From assembly GCA_031423895.1 (NCBI GenBank), contig JANPGK010000012.1, forward strand, positions 73 through 64,072: a DNA stretch of 64,000 nucleotides, in the 5' to 3' direction. Under the pieces are notes generated by a model. It ran no database searches and was not told where the DNA came from. It saw only the letters and a list, made by a program, of their open reading frames with translations. This document shows positions 57,792 to 64,000 of the stretch, piece after piece. The number at the start of each line of letters is the position of its first letter. Position 1 is the stretch's first letter. Both the position numbers and the translations under genes were made by a program. The DNA is from Hyphomicrobiales bacterium (lineage in GTDB: Bacteria > Pseudomonadota > Alphaproteobacteria > Rhizobiales > JANPGK01).

Positions 57792-58982
57792 TTAAACACT
57801 GTGAAAATGCGCGGCGATTTTATCCACTAATCGCTGCGCCACCTGCATTTTGAGCAACGTGCCCCAATCTTCATGCAGATTATACGCGATAAAATGCACG
57901 GCGTTGGTGTCCTGCCCAAATACTTGGTTGGCGCTCACATCATTGGCCAGCACCCAATCACAGCCTTTTTTCACCAATTTTGCGCGGGCATTTTCAAGCA
58001 TATTTTCTGTTTCCGCGGCAAAGCCAACCACTAATGCTGGCCGATTGGCGTGCTGCGCCACATGCGCAAGAATATCAGGCGTTTTGCGTAAGTTCAGCGT
58101 CAGCACATCCTGCCCATCATTCTTTTTCAGCTTTTGCGCTGCGGGGTCTGCCATGCACCAATCAGCCACGGCCGCTGCCCCAATAAACACATCGGCCGGC
58201 AAGGCCTGCTCCACCGCAGCCAACATGCTGGCGGCATCGCTCACAGCCACATAATTGGCCACTGGCGGCGGGGTTAAACCTGTGGGCGCCGATATCAACG
58301 TAACGCGCGCTCCCGCCTGTAGCGCCGCCGTAGCGATTGCATAGCCCTGTTTGCCCGAGGAATGATTGCCAATGAACCGCACAGGGTCAATCGCCTCACG
58401 CGTGCCGCCCGCTGTGATGATCATATGCTTGCCTTTGAGGGGGTGATCGGGGTTGAGCGCCGCTTGCACCGCCGCAATAATTCCCTCCACCGCTGCCAAG
58501 CGCCCCTCGCCCACTTCGCCGCACGCCATTTCACCCACTTCTGGCGCAATTACTTGCACGCCGCGCGCGCGTAAAAGCGCCATATTCGCGTATGTTGCGG
58601 GGTGCTCCCACATCCGCACATTCATGGCAGGGGCAATGAGGACAGGGTTGATATTGGCCAAAAGCGCGGTGCTGGCCAGATCATCCGCCAAGCCATGTGC
58701 CATTTTCGCGATAAAATTAGCGGTTGCGGGCACCACCACCACTACATCGGCCCAGCGCACCAGCTGAATATGACCAATTTCAGCCTCTTGCGTGGTATCC
58801 CACAGTGTGGTGTAGGCCTGCTCACCCGAGAGCGCCGCGACACTCAGCGGCGTGATAAATTCCTGAGCGCCCGCAGTGAGAATGCAGCGCACAATATGGC
58901 CATTTTTCTTGAGTTGGCGCAGCACTTCAAGTGCCTTAAACGCGGCCACACCGCCAGTGATGATGAGCAGAATTTTTTTCAT
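57792..58982 (-). CDS. coaBC: Bifunctional phosphopantothenoylcysteine decarboxylase / synthetase
   Basis: MKKILLIITGGVAAFK.. is the flavoprotein N-domain. ..ITAGGTREAIDPVRFIGNHSSGKQG.. is the CoaB domain. Confidence 0.95.
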   Translation of the reverse strand: MKKILLIITGGVAAFKALEVLRQLKKNGHIVRCILTAGAQEFITPLSVAALSGEQAYTTLWDTTQEAEIGHIQLVRWADVVVVVPATANFIAKMAHGLADDLASTALLANINPVLIAPAMNVRMWEHPATYANMALLRARGVQVIAPEVGEMACGEVGEGRLAAVEGIIAAVQAALNPDHPLKGKHMIITAGGTREAIDPVRFIGNHSSGKQGYAIATAALQAGARVTLISAPTGLTPPPVANYVAVSDAASMLAAVEQALPADVFIGAAAVADWCMADPAAQKLKKNDGQDVLTLNLRKTPDILAHVAQHANRPALVVGFAAETENMLENARAKLVKKGCDWVLANDVSANQVFGQDTNAVHFIAYNLHEDWGTLLKMQVAQRLVDKIAAHFHSV

Positions 58983-59003
58983 GGGCCACATAATACCACA
59001 AAA

Positions 59004-59645
59004 TTATGAGTTTTGCACAGCCTGAATAAACGCGCGAATTTTGGCATGGCTTTTGACGCCAAGCCCTTGCTCCACCCCACTAGATACATCCACCCCAGGC
59101 GCGCGCGTGCGCTGCAGAGCATCGCTCACATTTTCAGGGGCAAGCCCACCCGCCAGCAACCACGGAGTATTTAGCTGAATACCCGCAATCAATTGCCAGT
59201 CAAACGCCACGCCATGCCCGCCCGTTTGTTGGGCATCCTTGGGCGGTTTGGCATCGAGCAATAGCATGTCCGCCTGTGCAAAATCGGCCAGTTGCGCCAC
59301 ATCATCCTGCGTTGCAATACCAATGGCTTTGATAATTTTCAGCGACGGGAAGGCTGTTTTCATCGCAGCAATATCATGCGCCGTTTCCTGTCCATGCAGC
59401 TGAATATAATCAGGCTGAACACTATTCACCACTGTGCGCACCAGTTCCATAGTCGGGTTCACCAGCAATACAACAGTGTGAATACGCCCGCGTGCGTGCG
59501 CCACCAGTGGGGCAATTTCGGGCAATTCCAAATGGCGAGGGCTGGCGAGGCAATGCACAAAGCCTGCAAATTGAGCACCCGCTTCGATTACACACGCCAG
59601 ATCTTGCGCCGTGCGCAGGCCACAAATTTTAATGAGCGCACTCAT
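59004..59645 (-). CDS. trpF: Phosphoribosylanthranilate isomerase
   Basis: MSALIKICGLRT...AGAQFAGFV.. and ..VDVSSGVE.. are present. Confidence 0.93.
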   Translation of the reverse strand: MSALIKICGLRTAQDLACVIEAGAQFAGFVHCLASPRHLELPEIAPLVAHARGRIHTVVLLVNPTMELVRTVVNSVQPDYIQLHGQETAHDIAAMKTAFPSLKIIKAIGIATQDDVAQLADFAQADMLLLDAKPPKDAQQTGGHGVAFDWQLIAGIQLNTPWLLAGGLAPENVSDALQRTRAPGVDVSSGVEQGLGVKSHAKIRAFIQAVQNS

Positions 59646-59959
59646 GGCAAGCTCAATGGGGGCGCGGGTGGGGTATTGAGTTCAGAATTCACCCGTACTT
59701 TATGTACCGAAATTTCTTTTCTCAACCCACGCATACGCTTCATGCTGGAGAGTTTTACAATGATTCCACCCAATAGCGCGCCCAAAAATACACTCAAAAT
59801 GATAATCACCCCGAGGGGTAAGAACAGTTCTGCTGGCACTGCGCCAAACTCAAGCGGATTGATGTAAAGTGTTACACCATGCCGATTAAGAAAGACGAAG
59901 GCCAGCAGCACTAAGAACAGGGGAAATAAAACCAAATAGGTGATAATTCTGTTCAACAC
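59642..59959 (-). CDS. LapA-domain (DUF1049-like) small inner-membrane protein
   Basis: It has two TM helices. The stop overlaps the trpF start (ATGA). The ihfB / small membrane protein / trpF order is conserved in alphaproteobacteria, from memory. Confidence 0.7.
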   Translation of the reverse strand: MLNRIITYLVLFPLFLVLLAFVFLNRHGVTLYINPLEFGAVPAELFLPLGVIIILSVFLGALLGGIIVKLSSMKRMRGLRKEISVHKVRVNSELNTPPAPPLSLP

Positions 59960-59970
59960 ATTATATTCGC

Positions 59971-60282
59971 TTATGCATTCAATCGGTCGAGCATATCTTT
60001 GCCAGCGCGGAATGCAACGGCGGATTTTGCTGGTACTTTAACAGCTTCGCCTGTGCGTGGATTGCGGCCAACGCGCGCATCGCGGACTTTTACATAGAAT
60101 GTGCCAAAATTACGGAGCTCAACGCGACCGCCATCAATCAATGCGCCAGCGATTGAATCCAAAACTGTATTCACAACAGTTTCAACGTCTTTCACCAAAA
60201 GGTGGGAATTGCCTGCAGCAACTTTATGAACGAGTTCTGATTTAATAAGGGCTTGGGTTTCTTTTTTAGGTGCTTTTGCCAT
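59971..60282 (-). CDS. ihfB: Integration host factor subunit beta
   Basis: ..RVELRNFGTFYVKVRDARVGRNPRTGEAVKVPAKSAVAFRAGK.. is the HU/IHF fold with beta-type features. Confidence 0.93.
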   Translation of the reverse strand: MAKAPKKETQALIKSELVHKVAAGNSHLLVKDVETVVNTVLDSIAGALIDGGRVELRNFGTFYVKVRDARVGRNPRTGEAVKVPAKSAVAFRAGKDMLDRLNA

Positions 60283-60314
60283 TGTATGGATCCTCCTTGG
60301 TTTTTGACAGGTTT

Positions 60315-61262
60315 TTAGTGGCTTGCAGGATTCCAGACCGACACCAACCCGTCAAGCGAATATTGTGCTGAATTTACGCCAAACACACCGCTTAAACCCA
60401 TTATTTTTGAGAATTGCGTAATTTTCTTCTCAAATTTGTCTTGCCAATCCTCTTTGGCTTCCCAATTTGCAACCTTAAGCTTTGAATCTACCTGTTTTTT
60501 TTCAACCAACCATTGCTTGGCTACCGATTCTTGTCCAATCGAATCAATCAATTTGAGCGGCAAACTCTGACGCCCCGTGAAAATTCGACCATCTGTCACA
60601 AGTTTCAAACCATCAGCATCCATGCCACGACGGGTTTGTACTAACGATTTAAACCAGCCGTAAGAATCCTCGACAATCGCGCGCATCGCAGCTTTCGCTT
60701 CATCACTCGCGGGCTCAAATCCATTGGGCGCAGCTTTGAGAGGCGCACTTTTCACCTCCTCCATTTTCACGCCCAGAGTTTTCAACAAACCTGCAAATTC
60801 AGGCCATTGCACCAACACACCAATAGATCCTACAAGCGCATTTTGCTGCGCGACAATATGGTCGGCTGCCAAAATCACAATATAACCGCCTGAAGCCGCC
60901 ATATGGTCTACATAGGCCACAACAGGTTTTTCTGCAGCCAACTCACGCAATTTTTCATAGAGAATTTCCGCGCCTGATGTGGTGCCACCAGGGCTGTTCA
61001 CATGCAGAATCACTGCCTTCACCGCTTTTGATGTGCGCATCTCTTCAATCGCTTCTAGCGTTTCAGGCTGCCCCGTAATCACACCTGCAATGGTGAACCG
61101 CGCAATATAAGGCGCATCAATATTGGCCATGGTTTTTTTACCCGTGGCGCTACCGAATAAAAACACTGCAGCCACCAGCACCGCAAATGCCAAAAATCGC
61201 CACAAGCGCACTGATCGCAACAAACTGCGGCGTTCAACAATTTGATCAGCAGATTGGGTCAT
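60315..61262 (-). CDS. sppA: Signal peptide peptidase SppA (36K type)
   Basis: It has an N-terminal TM anchor, then ..VILHVNSPGGTTSGAE.. and ..MAASGGYIV.. (the Ser nucleophile region). Confidence 0.9.
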   Translation of the reverse strand: MTQSADQIVERRSLLRSVRLWRFLAFAVLVAAVFLFGSATGKKTMANIDAPYIARFTIAGVITGQPETLEAIEEMRTSKAVKAVILHVNSPGGTTSGAEILYEKLRELAAEKPVVAYVDHMAASGGYIVILAADHIVAQQNALVGSIGVLVQWPEFAGLLKTLGVKMEEVKSAPLKAAPNGFEPASDEAKAAMRAIVEDSYGWFKSLVQTRRGMDADGLKLVTDGRIFTGRQSLPLKLIDSIGQESVAKQWLVEKKQVDSKLKVANWEAKEDWQDKFEKKITQFSKIMGLSGVFGVNSAQYSLDGLVSVWNPASH

Positions 61263-61281
61263 AATTCACTTTCTATGGGGC

Positions 61282-62061
61282 TCAAACTGCCCGCTCAATC
61301 ATCATTTTTTTGATTTCAGCAATTGCCTTAGCAGGATTGAGTCCTTTGGGGCAGGTTTGCGCGCAATTCATGATGGTGTGGCAGCGATAGAGGCGGAAGG
61401 GGTCTTCCAAATAATCGAGGCGCGCGCCCGTGGCTTCATCGCGGCTGTCGATCAACCAGCGATAGGCTTGCAACAACACAGCTGGGCCGAGGTATTTATC
61501 GCCATTCCACCAATAGCTGGGGCATGAGGTGGAACAACAGGCGCAGAGGATACATTCGTACAGACCATCCAGCTTTTCGCGGTCGTTCTTCGATTGCAGC
61601 CATTCTTTTTCAGGCGTGGGAGTGGTGGTTTGCAAATAGGGCTGCACGGCGGCGTGTTGGGCATAAAAATTGGTGAGGTCTGGCACCAGATCCTTGATCA
61701 CACTCATGTGCGGCAGCGGGTAAATTTTGATGGCGCCTTTGACTTCGTCCATGCCTTTGGTGCAGGCCAGCGTGTTCATGCCATCAATATTCATGGCGCA
61801 GGAACCACAAATCCCCTCACGACACGAACGGCGGAATGTAAGCCCCGCATCTATTTTAGTTTTGATATAGACCAGACCATCCAATATCATTGGGCCGCAA
61901 TCATCGAGATTCACGAAATACACGTCGATCCGTGGGTTTTCGCCCAAATCAGGATCATAGCGATACACGCGATATTCCTTCAGCCGTGTGGCGCCAGCAG
62001 GCTTTGGCCACACTTTACCTTGGGTGATTGTGGAGTTTTTCGGCAGGGCAAGTTCAACCAT
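61282..62061 (-). CDS. sdhB: Succinate dehydrogenase iron-sulfur subunit
   Basis: ..[19 protein letters not shown].., ..[16 protein letters not shown].. and ..[17 protein letters not shown].. are present. Confidence 0.98.
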   Translation of the reverse strand: MVELALPKNSTITQGKVWPKPAGATRLKEYRVYRYDPDLGENPRIDVYFVNLDDCGPMILDGLVYIKTKIDAGLTFRRSCREGICGSCAMNIDGMNTLACTKGMDEVKGAIKIYPLPHMSVIKDLVPDLTNFYAQHAAVQPYLQTTTPTPEKEWLQSKNDREKLDGLYECILCACCSTSCPSYWWNGDKYLGPAVLLQAYRWLIDSRDEATGARLDYLEDPFRLYRCHTIMNCAQTCPKGLNPAKAIAEIKKMMIERAV

Positions 62062-62076
62062 TGTGTGCAGCCTCTA

Positions 62077-63882
62077 TTAATACACGCGTGCTTTTGGTTT
62101 AATATATTCAATCTCGTCGCTCATTGTGTAGGTGTGCACGGGGCGGTCGCCCAGTGTCACCGTGCGCTGTGTTGTGTCGGCAAACGCAAGCGTGTGCTTC
62201 ATCCAGTTTTTATCATCGCGATCGGGAAAATCTTCCCGCGAATGCGCACCACGGCTTTCTTGCCGCCCCAATGCCGATTCCACGGTCACCACCGCTTGGC
62301 AAATGAGGTTGTCATATTCCAGCGTTTCAATCAGGTCGGAATTCCAAATCAGGGAGCGATCCGACACTTTAATATCATCATTGCCGCGCCACACATCGTG
62401 GATTTTGGTTTGACCTTCTGTCAGCACATCGCCTGTGCGGAACACCGCGCAATTGGCCTGCATGATGCGTTGCATACGGCCGCGCAATTCCGCTGTGGGT
62501 GTGCTGCCATTGGCATTGCGGAAATGATCGAACCGCGCAAGTGCCGCCTCGCCATCGCTAGCTTTCACAGAAGGCTGTTTTGCACCAGCTGTAAGAATTT
62601 CAGCGCAACGCAGCGCCGCAGCACGGCCAAACACCACCAAATCAATCAGAGAATTTGAACCCAAACGGTTGGCGCCATGCACTGAAACGCACGCCGCTTC
62701 GCCAATGGCCATCAGCCCTTGCACCACACTATCCGCATTTGTGCCCACTTTGGTGAGCACTTCGCCGTGGTAATTGGTGGGAATGCCGCCCATATTATAA
62801 TGCACGGTGGGAATCACAGGGATAGGCTGCTTGGTGACATCCACACCCGCAAAAATTTTGGCGGATTCCGAAATGCCTGGCAGGCGTTCATGCAAAATGG
62901 CGGGGTCGAGATGGTCGAGATGCAAATGGATATGGTCGGCATCCTTGCCAACGCCGCGCCCTTCACGAATTTCCACGGTCATGGCGCGTGAAACAACATC
63001 ACGCGAAGCCAAATCCTTTGCCGATGGTGCATAACGCTCCATAAAGCGCTCACCTTTGGAATTGGTGAGGTAGCCGCCTTCACCACGCGCGCCTTCGGTG
63101 ATCAAGCACCCCGAGCCATAAATACCGGTGGGGTGGAATTGCACAAACTCCATGTCCTGCAATGGCAAGCCAGCGCGCAACACCATGGCATTGCCATCGC
63201 CCGTGCAGGTGTGTGCCGATGTTGCAGAAAAATAAGCGCGGCCATAGCCACCTGTGGCCAAAATCACCATTTGCGCATTGAAGCGGTGCATGGTGCCGTC
63301 ATCCATTTTCATGGCGGTCACGCCGCGACACACACCTTGATCATCCATGATCAGGTCGAGCGCGAAATATTCAATGAAAAAGTTGGAATTATAACGCAAT
63401 GCTTGGCCATACAGCGTGTGCAAAATGGCGTGGCCAGTGCGATCCGCTGCCGCGCACGTGCGCTGCGCAGCGCCACCTTCACCAAAATTCTTTGTCATGC
63501 CGCCAAAAGGACGCTGATAAATTTTGCCTTCCTCGGTGCGCGAGAATGGCACACCCCAATGCTCCAGCTCATACACAGCGGCGGGGGCATTGCGGCACAA
63601 ATATTCAATGCTGTCTTGGTCGCCGAGCCAATCCGACCCCTTCACGGTGTCATACATATGCCAGCGCCAATTGTCCTCACCCATATTGCCAAGGCTCGCC
63701 GAAATGCCGCCCTGCGCCGCCACAGTGTGCGAGCGGGTGGGGAATACTTTGGAAATACACGCCGTTTTCAGGCCTGCTTCGGCACAGCCAACCGCTGCCC
63801 GCAAGCCAGCGCCGCCAGCGCCCACCACCACAACATCAAAGGTGTGGTCGATAAATGTATAGGCTGGAGTTGCAGTGGCCAT
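62077..63882 (-). CDS. sdhA: Succinate dehydrogenase flavoprotein subunit
   Basis: ..[15 protein letters not shown].. and ..[11 protein letters not shown].. (the FAD-linked His) are present. The protein is 601 aa, with gaggag upstream of the ATG. Confidence 0.98.
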   Translation of the reverse strand: MATATPAYTFIDHTFDVVVVGAGGAGLRAAVGCAEAGLKTACISKVFPTRSHTVAAQGGISASLGNMGEDNWRWHMYDTVKGSDWLGDQDSIEYLCRNAPAAVYELEHWGVPFSRTEEGKIYQRPFGGMTKNFGEGGAAQRTCAAADRTGHAILHTLYGQALRYNSNFFIEYFALDLIMDDQGVCRGVTAMKMDDGTMHRFNAQMVILATGGYGRAYFSATSAHTCTGDGNAMVLRAGLPLQDMEFVQFHPTGIYGSGCLITEGARGEGGYLTNSKGERFMERYAPSAKDLASRDVVSRAMTVEIREGRGVGKDADHIHLHLDHLDPAILHERLPGISESAKIFAGVDVTKQPIPVIPTVHYNMGGIPTNYHGEVLTKVGTNADSVVQGLMAIGEAACVSVHGANRLGSNSLIDLVVFGRAAALRCAEILTAGAKQPSVKASDGEAALARFDHFRNANGSTPTAELRGRMQRIMQANCAVFRTGDVLTEGQTKIHDVWRGNDDIKVSDRSLIWNSDLIETLEYDNLICQAVVTVESALGRQESRGAHSREDFPDRDDKNWMKHTLAFADTTQRTVTLGDRPVHTYTMSDEIEYIKPKARVY

Positions 63883-64000
63883 CGATTAGCTCCTCATCTT
63901 TTTATTCTCAAGTGTTAAATCGCTGCGCGTCAACACTTGGTTACGCTTCGCGCTTCGCATTCGCTCGTGTTGCTGTGGTAAAATTATAAGCATCTCAACC

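Noticed and set aside
1-64000. tRNA, rRNA, tmRNA, RNase P or CRISPR arrays.
   Set aside because: Scanning the intergenic regions showed no cloverleaf-type conserved arms (for example GTTCGAATC) and no regularly spaced direct repeats. All repeats found are palindromic and dispersed.

Overview
This window looks like a chromosomal segment of an alphaproteobacterium. The evidence is the gene neighbourhoods murA/DUF2948-like/hisD, tilS...ftsH, ihfB/lapA-like/trpF, sdhA-sdhB and ccmABCDG, plus TTAA-N7-TTAAC (CtrA-type) boxes in a flagellar promoter region. About 45 conserved housekeeping genes form a GC-rich backbone: truA, dnaK, dnaJ, rplS, typA, murA, hisD, fliE-flgC-flgB, fliO-fliP, aroQ-accB-accC, cdnL, acnA, ccm genes, a giant NAD-glutamate dehydrogenase, ftsH, tilS, ahcY, ubiG, lysC, gltBD, coaBC, trpF, ihfB, sppA and sdhAB. 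I found no tRNA, rRNA, CRISPR array, transposase or integrase. Two things stand out. (1) Short, sharply AT-rich islets sit exactly at operon boundaries and encode orphan proteins. Eight of these share one architecture: a helical soluble domain, a single C-terminal TM helix and a short polar tail. Four of them form a tandem array between hisD and fliE, and four are dispersed. One splits ccmB from ccmC and is bracketed by a degenerate duplication of the ccmB 3' end. I could not match this family to anything I know, and it is my best candidate for an undescribed system. (2) Three related families of nested-hairpin palindromic repeats are present. They fill convergent intergenic spacers, and in two cases (ccmA, ubiG) they lie inside conserved genes as open, in-frame insertions, comparable to Rickettsia palindromic elements. 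Other notable features are a periplasmic EF-hand protein with a near-identical internal duplication, an AT-rich 452-aa orphan with an EF-hand loop, a FliO with a roughly 360-aa low-complexity extension, and an unlisted 47-codon ccmD. All calls rest on reading the translations and the DNA by eye; no database search was run.
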